Positions 10,673 through 19,704 of a stretch of DNA of 64,000 nt are shown in pieces. This DNA is from Candidatus Falkowbacteria bacterium (lineage in GTDB: Bacteria > Patescibacteriota > Patescibacteriia > UBA11705 > JACRDX01), in assembly GCA_043798985.1 (NCBI GenBank), contig JAZDOE010000001.1, forward strand, positions 309-64,308. Reading direction: 5' to 3'. The notes under the pieces are model-generated. The model was not told where the DNA came from. It saw only the letters and a list, made by a program, of their open reading frames with translations, and did no database searches. The first letter of the stretch is position 1. The number at the start of each line of letters is the position of its first letter. The translations under genes were made by a program, and so were the position numbers.

Positions 10673-11767
10673 CTACACATTGAATTTAAAAACACAAACA
10701 TCTCCGTCCTGAACAATATAATCTTTGCCGCAAAGTTTTATCAATCCTTTTTCTTTGGCGGCCGGCTCGCTTCCAGCGTCAAGTAAAACCTTCCAGTTGA
10801 CTACATCTGCCGCGATAAATCCACGCTGGAAGTCAGTGTGTATTTTGCCGGCCGCCTCTGGCGCCGTTGAACCTTTCGTAATTGTCCACGCGCGCGTTTC
10901 TTTTGGTCCGGCAGTAAGAAACGTGATCAAATTCAGCAATTCGTATGCTTTTAAAATTATATTGTCCAAGCCAGTATGTTGCAAATTCATTGTTTTTAAA
11001 TATTCAGCCACTTCTTCTGCGGGCAAATCCGCGAGATCAGCTTCAAGTTTCGCGCAGATTGGCACAACAATTTCGTTTTTTAATCCAATTTTTTGTAAAT
11101 CAACGTTTTGCGTTAAAGAATTTTCATCAATATTCAAAGCGTAAAACATTGGTTTTGCGGTCAGCAAGTTTAAATATTTTATTGATTCCAGTTCCTCGTA
11201 GTCTAACCCAATTTTTTGCAGCAATTTGCCGGCTTCGAGCGCCGGCACGATTTTATTTGTTAATAAATCAATAGTTTGTTGAGTCTCTTTTTGCTCTTGC
11301 GTTTTCGCGCCTTTTAATTTTGCGCGTAATTTTTCCAAATGTTTTTTGACAACTTCCAAATCTGCTAGCGCCAATTCAATGTCTATTGTCTCTCTATCAC
11401 CAGCCGGATCCACTTTTGCGTTAACGTGAATAATATTTTCATCCTGAAAACAGCGGACAACTTGGCATATCGCGTCAACTTCTCGTATGTGCGACAAAAA
11501 TTGGTTGCCAAGCCCCTCGCCTTTGTGCGCTCCGCGCACTAAGCCAGCGACATCCCAAAATTCAACGACCGTCGCTACGATTTTTTGTGAACTGTAAAAA
11601 TCGGCGAGCTTTTTGAGCCGTTCGTCTGGAACCTCAACGATTCCTTTGTTCGGCGCGATAGTGCAAAAAGGATAGTTGGCAATGTCCACCTGCCTTTTTG
11701 TCAGCGCTTTAAATAAAGTTGATTTGCCGACATTCGGCAAACCAACTATTCCGATTGAAACAGACAC
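10673..11767 (-). CDS. ychF: Redox-regulated ATPase YchF
   Basis: GIVGLPNVGKSTLF, ANYPFCTI, GEGLGNQFL and AAGKIHTDFQRGFI. Confidence 0.98.
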   Translation of the reverse strand: MSVSIGIVGLPNVGKSTLFKALTKRQVDIANYPFCTIAPNKGIVEVPDERLKKLADFYSSQKIVATVVEFWDVAGLVRGAHKGEGLGNQFLSHIREVDAICQVVRCFQDENIIHVNAKVDPAGDRETIDIELALADLEVVKKHLEKLRAKLKGAKTQEQKETQQTIDLLTNKIVPALEAGKLLQKIGLDYEELESIKYLNLLTAKPMFYALNIDENSLTQNVDLQKIGLKNEIVVPICAKLEADLADLPAEEVAEYLKTMNLQHTGLDNIILKAYELLNLITFLTAGPKETRAWTITKGSTAPEAAGKIHTDFQRGFIAADVVNWKVLLDAGSEPAAKEKGLIKLCGKDYIVQDGDVCVFKFNV

Positions 11768-11773
11768 AGAATA

Positions 11774-12649
11774 TTATTTTTTAGCCGCTTCTACGACCGT
11801 CGTAAAAGTAGCGGCAATTTTTTCAAAATCGTTTCTGTATGTTAAATATCCAGCGATTTGTTTATCAATTGCGTTAAAGCTCATGCGGTAGATGTGCTTT
11901 TTTGTAAGCAATAAAACCGTTGGAATTTGTTCTCCCGCGTCGTTCAAGTTTAAGAAGTACAGACCAGTGCCATTAACAAAAGCAAATTCGTCAATCAGTT
12001 TTAGGTCTTTGAAAATATCGTATTTTTCTTTTAGTGTCAGTCCTGCAAAATCCAAGTAGTCTTCTTCGATGGAAGTTGCCTGCCTAAAATCAATTATTGC
12101 TTTTGGCTGAAAATAGACAATAAATTTGACAACAGGATTGACCGTTTCTTTGTCAGTGGTCGTTTTGTCGGCAGGCGGCGTTGTGTCCAGCTTTTGATCA
12201 TTGACGATTAGCGGCTTTGCCACCTCCCAAGTTGTTGGAAGTTTTATTTGAAACGCAGCGGTTTCGTCTTTGTAAATTGTCCAGTCCGTTGTATTCATAT
12301 CATCTGGAATTTTGCGTTCTTTTTCCAACATATCAACAACCAATGCCTGATTTTCTTTGTTTGAAGTTTCTAAGGCGTTGGTTTTATCCTGCAATGACGC
12401 TATTTTTTTCGTCACGTCTTGCAATTGCGTTGCCAATGCTTCGGATTGTTCCTGCGCGTCATTCAGTTTGTTGATTTTGTCTTTGGTGTATCCGAAAATT
12501 ATTCCGATTACCACCAAAATTACAATTACCACAACGGCCAAAGAAAAGTACACGTTGTCAGATTCTTTGTCGCTTTTGTTTGTTGGTTTGTTTGGCATCA
12601 CGCTCGCCCCTCCTGTTGAGCTGTCAGCCAGAATTTTTTTCGTTGCCAT
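11774..12649 (-). CDS. Membrane-anchored protein with coiled coil and PsbP-like C-terminal domain
   Basis: Single TM helix, heptad region, TDWTIYKD...FQIKLP..W, ending FEKIAATF. Confidence 0.6.
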   Translation of the reverse strand: MATKKILADSSTGGASVMPNKPTNKSDKESDNVYFSLAVVVIVILVVIGIIFGYTKDKINKLNDAQEQSEALATQLQDVTKKIASLQDKTNALETSNKENQALVVDMLEKERKIPDDMNTTDWTIYKDETAAFQIKLPTTWEVAKPLIVNDQKLDTTPPADKTTTDKETVNPVVKFIVYFQPKAIIDFRQATSIEEDYLDFAGLTLKEKYDIFKDLKLIDEFAFVNGTGLYFLNLNDAGEQIPTVLLLTKKHIYRMSFNAIDKQIAGYLTYRNDFEKIAATFTTVVEAAKK

Positions 12650-12819
12650 AGAGTTTTAAAAGGTGAATGATTGTAGTTTTATTTTAAATCATTTGTTCAA
12701 ATAACGCAATCATAAATAACACAACATAAAAGTTTGTCAAAATGTCCGTTGATAATGTATAATGGTGCTGTAGTGTCAAAGTTTGTCATTTGATATTTGA
12801 AATTAGAAATTTTTATTCT

Positions 12820-14532
12820 ATGTCTTCCCACAATCCATCGTTAGATGATTTATTAAGTTCAACAAAACCAACTGATAGCGATGATACTGGCGCCGGCGCA
12901 AAGCTTTCTGAAAAATTGCGCGACATAAAGTTGAGCGATGAGGAAAAAGTTGTCGCGCAAAACGCCGGCGCGCAGAATTTGCCGTACATTGATTTAGTGT
13001 CTTTCCCAATTAATAATGAAGCCATCGCGAGTATTCCGCGGGAAACGGCAGAAGAATTGTCGGTCGTTTGTTTTTTAAATACAGGAGACGAAATGCGGCT
13101 TGGCGTTGTTGAGCAAAATGATAAAACAAAAGAACTGGCATACCAGCTTGGCGAGCGTTTTCATGCCAATGTCCGCGTTTATCTGATCAGCCCGCAAAGT
13201 TTCAAAATCGCGATGAAAATTTATGACCGTATTCCGAAAGTTAAAAAAGTTGAACGTGGATTGAAAATTGAAGAAGATTCTTTGAAAAATTTTCGTAAGT
13301 CTATCAAAAGTTTGGCAGATATTCAGGGACTGTTGAGCGGCGCGAATATTACGGAGATGGTTGATTTGCTTATCGCGGCCGCGATTTTTGCAAATGCGTC
13401 TGATTTTCATATTGAAGCCGGAAAAGAAAAAATTCACGTGCGGTTTAGAATTGATGGCGTGTTGAATGACATCGCGGAGTTAAAGTCGGATTTGCTAAAA
13501 AGATTACTTGATCGCGTAAAACTTTTGGCAGGGTTGAAAATTAATATAACCGACGCGCCACAAGACGGAAAATTTTCCATAGAGACAGAGGCGTTTGGAG
13601 AAATTGACGTGCGCGTTTCAACAATCCCGACCAATTTTGGCGAGAGCGTGGTAATGCGGCTTTTGATGTCCAGTAAAATTGACATCAATCTTTCAACGCT
13701 TGGTTTGCGTGATTTTGATTTTAAATCGTTGAACCAGCAAATTAGCCGACCAAATGGCATGATTCTGGTGACAGGTCCTACTGGGTCTGGTAAAACAACA
13801 ACGCTTTATGCTGTGTTGCTTGAATTGAATAAGCCAAAGGTGAAAATTATTACGTTGGAGGATCCGATTGAGTATCAGGTTTCTGGAATTAACCAAAGTC
13901 AGGTTGACTCAACAAAAAATTATTCATTTTCAAGCGGTTTGCGTTCAATTTTGCGGCAAGATCCTGACATTGTTATGATTGGTGAAATCCGCGATTTGGA
14001 AACAGCTGAAACCGCGATTAACGCCAGTTTAACCGGACATTTATTGCTTTCTACGGTGCATACAAATTCTGCCGCGGGCGCCGTTCCAAGATTATTGTCA
14101 ATGAACGTCAAACCTTTTTTACTGGCGCCCGCGTTGAATTTAATAGTTGCGCAACGTTTGGTGCGCGTGCTTTGCGATAAATGTAAAGAAAAAATTAAAA
14201 TTGATTCTGGAATGTTAACTCGCGTTCAGGATATTGTCAGCGAGATTCCGGACAGCAACACTGACAAGCCGCATGTTGAAAATTTGGTTTTTTATGGGTC
14301 GAAGGGCTGTCCAGCGTGTCATAATGTTGGCTATAAAGGCAGAATCGGAATTTTTGAATTAATTGTCGTCACCGACGAAATGAAAAAAATGATAAACGAT
14401 GGCAAAGCCACAGAAATGGATATTGTGACAGCCGCCAGAAAAAATGGAATGACAACCATGGTTCAGGATGGAGTAATCAAAGCTGGCCAAGGATTAACAT
14501 CGTTGGATGAAGTATTTAGGGTTATTGAATAA
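12820..14532 (+). CDS. Type IV pilus/T2SS assembly ATPase (PilB/GspE family)
   Basis: ASDFHIE, RFRIDGVL, GPTGSGKTTTLY, TLEDPIEY, LRQDPDIVMIGEIRD, CxxC...CxxC and GYKGRIGIFE. Confidence 0.93.
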   Translation: MSSHNPSLDDLLSSTKPTDSDDTGAGAKLSEKLRDIKLSDEEKVVAQNAGAQNLPYIDLVSFPINNEAIASIPRETAEELSVVCFLNTGDEMRLGVVEQNDKTKELAYQLGERFHANVRVYLISPQSFKIAMKIYDRIPKVKKVERGLKIEEDSLKNFRKSIKSLADIQGLLSGANITEMVDLLIAAAIFANASDFHIEAGKEKIHVRFRIDGVLNDIAELKSDLLKRLLDRVKLLAGLKINITDAPQDGKFSIETEAFGEIDVRVSTIPTNFGESVVMRLLMSSKIDINLSTLGLRDFDFKSLNQQISRPNGMILVTGPTGSGKTTTLYAVLLELNKPKVKIITLEDPIEYQVSGINQSQVDSTKNYSFSSGLRSILRQDPDIVMIGEIRDLETAETAINASLTGHLLLSTVHTNSAAGAVPRLLSMNVKPFLLAPALNLIVAQRLVRVLCDKCKEKIKIDSGMLTRVQDIVSEIPDSNTDKPHVENLVFYGSKGCPACHNVGYKGRIGIFELIVVTDEMKKMINDGKATEMDIVTAARKNGMTTMVQDGVIKAGQGLTSLDEVFRVIE

Positions 14533-14544
14533 AAAAATACAACG

Positions 14545-14571
14545 AAAGCCCCGCTGATTGGCGGGGCTTTT
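14545..14571. terminator. Bidirectional terminator
   Basis: AAAGCCCCGC-tgattg-GCGGGGCTTT between convergent genes. Confidence 0.85.
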
Positions 14572-14590
14572 GAGTTGGGATGTTTTAATT

Positions 14591-14908
14591 TTATAGTGCC
14601 GGTTGAACTGGTACGGCAACGGCGTCTTTCTTGGTTTTGAGATATTTTTTGAGTCGTTGGCCGGCTTTGAATTTGACAACCAAAGTGTCTGGAATGGTGA
14701 TTGGTTCTGATGTTTTTTGCGGGTTCACGCCAACGCGGCCCTTTCTTGTTCTGGCGGAAAAAGTTCCAAATCCGGTTAATGTCACTTCGTCGCCAGCTTT
14801 GATGGCGTTCATTGTTGTTTCAACAAAGCAATCAAGCGTGTCTTCGGCTTGTTTTTTTGTGACGTTGCATTTTTCCGAAATTACTGCGGCAAGTTTGTCT
14901 TTGTTCAT
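14591..14908 (-). CDS. hup: HU family DNA-binding protein
   Basis: MNKDKL...GDEVTLTGFGTF...R.GVNPQ...I.IP...VKFKAG. Confidence 0.93.
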   Translation of the reverse strand: MNKDKLAAVISEKCNVTKKQAEDTLDCFVETTMNAIKAGDEVTLTGFGTFSARTRKGRVGVNPQKTSEPITIPDTLVVKFKAGQRLKKYLKTKKDAVAVPVQPAL

Positions 14909-14919
14909 ATTAATTGTGG

Positions 14920-15720
14920 TTACGAAATTTTAACGTAAGCATTGAGGCGTTCAATTTTTTCACACAGACCCTTTTCATTTATTATAGCAAAAATAGCATT
15001 GACAATACAATTGCCTTCTTCCGGCAGTTCAAACTTTTGCGGTGTCTGGTATAAAAATTGTTCAACGACTTCGTTCAGATTAACGCCCAAGCTTCCGTCT
15101 TTAAATCCAGCCATGCCAATGTCAGTAATATAGCCAGTGCCTTTTGGTAAAATTTCTTCGTCAGAAGTTGGAATGTGCGTGTGTGTTCCGACCAGCAAAG
15201 AAATCTGGCCGTCAAAATATCTTCCCATTGTTGTTTTTTCAGAAGTTGCTTCAGCATGCAAGTCAACGATAATGTGTTTTATTTTTTTCTTTTTTGCTTC
15301 TCTGATTATTGTTTCTATTGTCCTGAACGGGCAGTCAAAATTTTCTTTAAAAAAGAATACGCGGCCATTAACATTGGCGATGAGTACTTTTTTCTTTTCT
15401 GTTTTTACGATTTTATAACCAACACCTTGGAGTCCCGCGGGGTAGTTTGCCGGGCGGATTATTGGCAGTTGATCATTTTTAAAAATTTCTTCGGCTTTGG
15501 CATTGTCCCAGACATGGTTGCCCGAGGTAAAAAAATCAACGCCAGCTTCCATCATTTCGTTGAGAGTGGATTCCGTTATGCCTTTGCCGTGCGCCAAATT
15601 TTCCGCGTTGGCAATCACCAGGTCAGGTTCGTAAATTTCTTTCCATTTTGGCAAAACTTGTTTGACCGCTTTTCTGCCGATTTTGCCGACAATGTCTCCG
15701 ATGAATAGTATTTTTAGCAT
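14920..15720 (-). CDS. YmdB/TIGR00282 family metallophosphoesterase
   Basis: ILFIGDIVG, ANAENLAHG, TSGNHVWD, DLHAEATSEK and GTHTH. Confidence 0.93.
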   Translation of the reverse strand: MLKILFIGDIVGKIGRKAVKQVLPKWKEIYEPDLVIANAENLAHGKGITESTLNEMMEAGVDFFTSGNHVWDNAKAEEIFKNDQLPIIRPANYPAGLQGVGYKIVKTEKKKVLIANVNGRVFFFKENFDCPFRTIETIIREAKKKKIKHIIVDLHAEATSEKTTMGRYFDGQISLLVGTHTHIPTSDEEILPKGTGYITDIGMAGFKDGSLGVNLNEVVEQFLYQTPQKFELPEEGNCIVNAIFAIINEKGLCEKIERLNAYVKIS

Positions 15721-15772
15721 ATGTTTGTTTAATTATTATATCAACGCCTGTAATTTAGCGCAAATTTTGGTG

Positions 15773-15863
15773 TTGACAAATCGGGAGCGATTTGATAATC
15801 TGTGGGCATTAGGGGGAGCCTATCATGGTGGTGGGAGATCCTTAACAACTTAAGCAACGGAGG
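15773..15863 (+). promoter_or_regulatory. Promoter, boxA-like motif and SD of orphan cassette
   Basis: TTGACA-17-TAATCT; GATCCTTAACAA at 15837-15848; GGAGG. Confidence 0.7.
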
Positions 15864-15869
15864 CCTGTT

Positions 15870-16673
15870 ATGGGAAGCCTGCTGAAAGAGCTGCCATCCT
15901 CTGAACTGGTGGCAACGATTGAAGAGTTTGGACGATTGGGGGTGACGCATGCGGATCTGAAGATTTTCAGATCTCTATGCGAGGAAGAGAAGAAAAGCAT
16001 CATAGCAACGTTTCGCTCTTTTGGCTCATTGCCAAATTTGCAAGGATTTGTGCTCGAGCCGTATAAGAGGACGACTGCTCAAGTGAAATTGCGCGAGATC
16101 ATGGGCAAGAACATGTTCGGAATAGAAGACGCGCTGATGCATTTTGATGCATGGGCAACCAGTGGGCAAATCGCGGCATTGGACGAGATACCATACTCTA
16201 AAAATGTGTTGAGAGAGTGCAAAGAAACGCATGTCTTGATAGCAGATTTTGGTTTGTCTATCAGAGACATGTGGAAAATGCACAGACGATTGTTTCGCTA
16301 TCGGGACAAGATGCCAGATGCGCCAAGCGAGTTTCTGGAAAAACGCGCGGCTCCTCAATGGCGTTTGATTGCCAAATACGCGAAGATAGACATCTGTAAC
16401 GCCGAGGATGGAGATACGCTTGCGACGCTTGGCAACGATGAAGAAATGCCAATAGCGCGAGAGTTGGTGTACGCGGCAATCGGGATGCGGCTCGCTCGCG
16501 GAGAGATTCTGTTTCATGATGTTAGAATCAGAACAGATGAAGGGCGGCGGTTTGAAGGTTGGTACATGCATATTGGTCCGCATGATGAAGAGTATGGGCT
16601 TGGTATTTTTTACGGCGGACTCATGCATGGTAGTGTTGGTAGTGGAATTGTGGGTCGCAGAAAGTTGTGTTGA
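15870..16673 (+). CDS. Hypothetical protein, paralog of the DGR target-like protein at 40488 (putative C-type lectin-like fold)
   Basis: Aligns by eye with 40488: EIMGKN/EILGKD, QIAALDEIPYSKNVL/QLAMLEDSMPSEEVL, DEEMPIARE/DERVPNAAE, IRT/ART, GIVGRRK/GLAGARK. Confidence 0.7.
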   Translation: MGSLLKELPSSELVATIEEFGRLGVTHADLKIFRSLCEEEKKSIIATFRSFGSLPNLQGFVLEPYKRTTAQVKLREIMGKNMFGIEDALMHFDAWATSGQIAALDEIPYSKNVLRECKETHVLIADFGLSIRDMWKMHRRLFRYRDKMPDAPSEFLEKRAAPQWRLIAKYAKIDICNAEDGDTLATLGNDEEMPIARELVYAAIGMRLARGEILFHDVRIRTDEGRRFEGWYMHIGPHDEEYGLGIFYGGLMHGSVGSGIVGRRKLC

Positions 16674-16709
16674 ACGTTGAAATTCACTGGCAAACAATGG
16701 AGGAAGGCC

Positions 16710-17114
16710 ATGAGAAGAGTGATGAAGTGGGAGATTCCTGCCTATGGAGCGTTGCTGTTGATAACGTTGGCGTTGATTGCGTGGACGTACTTGCCAAAGT
16801 CAACCGACGCAAAACCGTACCCGATCAATGATTCTGCTGTCAAAGCGGAAGAACACGTAAGATCGCCGTTCGCGTTTTCCGAGAGTCTTTACGAGGCGCT
16901 TAAAGAGAATGACGCGCTTCGCGAGGAGCTGGAAGTGTACAAGGCGCTGGAAGCCGAGTGGGCGGCGCAGGTTTTGACCCAGCTGCCGTGTCCAACATGT
17001 CCTGGCCATGTGGAAATCCTTTCTTCCGCAACGCCGCAGTGGTCAATGCCGCTCGAGTTGTTGGCGCTTTATTACTCCGGCGCAAACGGCGGAGGAGGAG
17101 TAAGCGTGAAATAG
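16710..17114 (+). CDS. Hypothetical membrane-anchored protein with coiled coil and CPTC motif
   Basis: SD GGAGG before ATG 16710; N-terminal TM; followed by a terminator. Confidence 0.6.
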   Translation: MRRVMKWEIPAYGALLLITLALIAWTYLPKSTDAKPYPINDSAVKAEEHVRSPFAFSESLYEALKENDALREELEVYKALEAEWAAQVLTQLPCPTCPGHVEILSSATPQWSMPLELLALYYSGANGGGGVSVK

Positions 17115-17125
17115 GATAGGCTACA

Positions 17126-17156
17126 CCGCTCAGCAAAGCTGGGCGGCGATTTTTTT
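17126..17156 (+). terminator. Intrinsic terminator
   Basis: CCGCTCAGC-aaa-GCTGGGCGG followed by a T-run. Confidence 0.75.
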
Positions 17157-17186
17157 GCAAAAAAAAACGAGCGTCGTTGTGGGTGT

Positions 17187-17297
17187 TGTCATTTCGACCC
17201 CACAACGCCCGCTTCGCCGAGGCGAGTGGGGGAGAAATCCCTTGTGAAATGCATTTGCGAAGGGATTCCTCACCCTTTGCAAGGGTTCGGAATGACA
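17187..17297. mobile_element. Family A REP-doublet/MITE-like element (TGTCATT...AATGACA)
   Basis: Terminal IR TGTCATTTCGA/TCGGAATGACA and internal AATCCCTT/AAGGGATT; second copy in the opposite orientation at 42447-42570. Confidence 0.85.
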
Positions 17298-17329
17298 GGC
17301 GGCCTCACCGACGCTCTGTTTTGTAATTT

Positions 17330-18850
17330 TTATCTGGCGTATTCTATGACTCTGTTTTCGCGAATAACTGTTACCTTAATTTCACCCGGATATTTTAGTT
17401 CAGCTTCTATTTTTTTCGCGATTTCCTCCGCAAGTTTTTGCGCTTGCAAATCTGAAATCTGTTCTGGCTGGACAAACACGCGGACTTCGCGGCCAGCCTG
17501 AATAGCATATGCTTTTTCAACGCCCGGAAGATCTGTCGCGATTCCTTCCAAATCAGACAGCCGTTGCAAATAGTTTTCGTAAGTGTCTTTTCTTGCCCCT
17601 GGACGCGCGCCGGAAATCGCGTCAGCTGTTTTTACAATTATGCCTTCAACCGTTGTTGGCGTATCAAGATGATGCTCAAGAATCGGCGCGATAATTTCAG
17701 CTGGTAAATTGAATTTTTTGGCAATGTCGCGGCCGATTTCAGGGTGAGTGCCTTGAACTTCGTGATCAACGGCTTTGCCCAGGTCATGCAAAAACCCGGC
17801 TTTTTTGGCAACCGCGACTTTTACTCCAAGCTGTTCCGCAAGCAACGCGGAAAGATGCGCGACTTCAATGCTGTGCTGTAAAACATTTTGGCCATAGCTT
17901 GTGCGGTATTTTAAGCGGCCCATGATTTGAACCAACTTTGGGTCTAGTCCCGCAATTCCAACGTCATAGCAAGCTTCTTCGCCCGCTTTTTTGATGTCTA
18001 TGGCAACTTCTTGTTTTGCTTCTTCCAGCGCGCTTTCAATTTTTGCGGGATGAATGCGTCCGTCCAAAATTAATTTTTCCAGCATTCGTTTTGCCACTTG
18101 TCTGCGAATCGGTGAAAAGCTGGAAATGGTGATTGCTTGTGGCGTGTCGTCAATAATGATTTCAGTGCCAGTCATTTGTTCAAGCACTTTGATGTTGCGG
18201 CCTTCGCGACCAATGATTCTGCCTTTCATTTCGTCTGATGGCAAATTGACAGTGCTGGTCGTTGTTTCAACCGCTTGATTAATTGCGCAACGTTGTATCG
18301 CGCTGATAAGAATTCTTTTTGCTTCTTCGTCCAAAACTGTCGCGCCTTCTTCTTTTAATTTTTTCACGCGGCTCATAATGGATTCTTCCATTTGAGTTTC
18401 AACGTTTTTTACTAAAACCTGCGCTGCTTCCTGTTTCGTGAGACCTGCGATTTTTTCCAATTTTTCCAACTGGCTTTTTTGGATTTCCTGAATTTTTAAT
18501 TTTGTCTCTTCCAATTGCTGCGCTTTTTCTTGAAGTTTGCCTTTTTCGCCTTCCAAATCCATCAGTTTTTGGTCAAACATTGATTCTCTGCGCTCAAGTC
18601 GTTTTTGTAAATTTGACAATTCTTGTCTGCGGCCTTGCTCGTCGCGTTTCGCGTCTTCAATGATTTTGAACGCCTTGTCTTTTGCTTCCATTACCATTTC
18701 TTTTTGCTTGGCTTTTGTTTCGTTCAGCGAATTCGCGATTTTGGTTTCAAGTGATTTTGCTTTGTTGGCGATAATCAATTTTCGCGTGTAATAACCAACA
18801 AAAAAACCAGCCACGAGGATGACAGCCGCTTCAATAATTAGCTGTGACAT
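17330..18850 (-). CDS. rny: Ribonuclease Y
   Basis: N-terminal TM, coiled coil, KH motif MKGRIIGREGRNI, HD domain (YGQNVLQHS, LHDLGKA, ADAISGARPGAR). Confidence 0.98.
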   Translation of the reverse strand: MSQLIIEAAVILVAGFFVGYYTRKLIIANKAKSLETKIANSLNETKAKQKEMVMEAKDKAFKIIEDAKRDEQGRRQELSNLQKRLERRESMFDQKLMDLEGEKGKLQEKAQQLEETKLKIQEIQKSQLEKLEKIAGLTKQEAAQVLVKNVETQMEESIMSRVKKLKEEGATVLDEEAKRILISAIQRCAINQAVETTTSTVNLPSDEMKGRIIGREGRNIKVLEQMTGTEIIIDDTPQAITISSFSPIRRQVAKRMLEKLILDGRIHPAKIESALEEAKQEVAIDIKKAGEEACYDVGIAGLDPKLVQIMGRLKYRTSYGQNVLQHSIEVAHLSALLAEQLGVKVAVAKKAGFLHDLGKAVDHEVQGTHPEIGRDIAKKFNLPAEIIAPILEHHLDTPTTVEGIIVKTADAISGARPGARKDTYENYLQRLSDLEGIATDLPGVEKAYAIQAGREVRVFVQPEQISDLQAQKLAEEIAKKIEAELKYPGEIKVTVIRENRVIEYAR

Positions 18851-18857
18851 ATTCTTT

Positions 18858-19022
18858 GGCCAGCTGGAAAAACGTTTGAATTGTTTGCGTCTACAACAAA
18901 AAACTTATTTACTGATTTTAGCGGTATTTTGTGAAAGCACGTCTTGGTTGTTGTATATATTCAAATTCATGCGATTACTGAAATTTGTTGAATTTCGCAA
19001 ATCTAACGTTTTCTTGCTTGCC
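18858..19022 (-). ncRNA. Candidate 6S-like structured RNA or long structured rny leader
   Basis: 5' and 3' ends pair over about 40 nt (GAAAACGTT/AACGTTTTT, TTTGCG/CGCAAA, CAACAAA/TTTGTTG); promoter TTGCTT-17-TATAAT at 19044-19072. Confidence 0.45.
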
Positions 19023-19086
19023 GTTTATTTTTAAACTATTCATATTATACAGCATCTGAAAATAAAAAGCAAATGCAGGGTTAATG

Positions 19087-19158
19087 TTGACATTTTGAAA
19101 TAAATGAAATAAACTAAGTAGCAGAATGTTGGATGGCCACTTTTACAACGAGGAGGTG
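19087..19158 (+). promoter_or_regulatory. Promoter, boxA-like motif and SD of orphan cassette
   Basis: TTGACA-17-TAAACT; CACTTTTACAA at 19138-19148; GAGGAGGTG. Confidence 0.65.
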
Positions 19159-19162
19159 TGCA

Positions 19163-19606
19163 ATGAATGAGGGATGCAGGCCGGCGCATGAAGTGATCGT
19201 GCATCATCTGGAAGCTCAAGTTGATTTTGTCCATCGCAGTCTGGTGACGGAAACGCTGGACATCGCGTTCAGCCGATACGCGCAGGTGCACGCTCTGTTG
19301 TTCGTCTTGGAGGAGATGGTCATTCCAGAGCAAGCGGTTAGCCGCGTGATTTCTGCGTTGCATGGTATTTCGGAGCGTTTCAAAGAGATGCTGCCAATGG
19401 CCGGAGCGTTTCACGCGCGGATGGACAAGGCAGTTGAGATTCTGGTGGCGCGCAAGAAGCGCAGCGAGCAGCCGGGCGGATCGTCGAATGCTGACAAGCC
19501 ATTGTCTGCAGCAGAGAAGAAGATGGTGGGGGGTGTAGTTGATGAGGCGCTGCGCCTTGCCGATGAGTGCGAGGTCGTTGCTGAGAAGTTGAGAAAGAAA
19601 AGATGA
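19163..19606 (+). CDS. Hypothetical helical protein (orphan cassette)
   Basis: Perfect SD before ATG 19163; GC-rich codon usage; terminator at 19620-19652. Confidence 0.7.
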   Translation: MNEGCRPAHEVIVHHLEAQVDFVHRSLVTETLDIAFSRYAQVHALLFVLEEMVIPEQAVSRVISALHGISERFKEMLPMAGAFHARMDKAVEILVARKKRSEQPGGSSNADKPLSAAEKKMVGGVVDEALRLADECEVVAEKLRKKR

Positions 19607-19619
19607 TGAGTGATCTTTC

Positions 19620-19652
19620 GGGGCGCTCGCAAAGCGATCGCCCCCTTTTTTT
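19620..19652 (+). terminator. Intrinsic terminator
   Basis: GGGGCG.TCGC-aaa-GCGATCGCCCC followed by a T-run. Confidence 0.75.
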
Positions 19653-19704
19653 ACGCCAGCATTTTTGCTAAGATATGGTTGTACGGGTTGTTAAATATGT
19701 CTTT

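Noticed and set aside
16026-16697. 223-aa minus-strand ORF
   Set aside because: Antisense to 15870-16673, which has promoter, SD and a paralog
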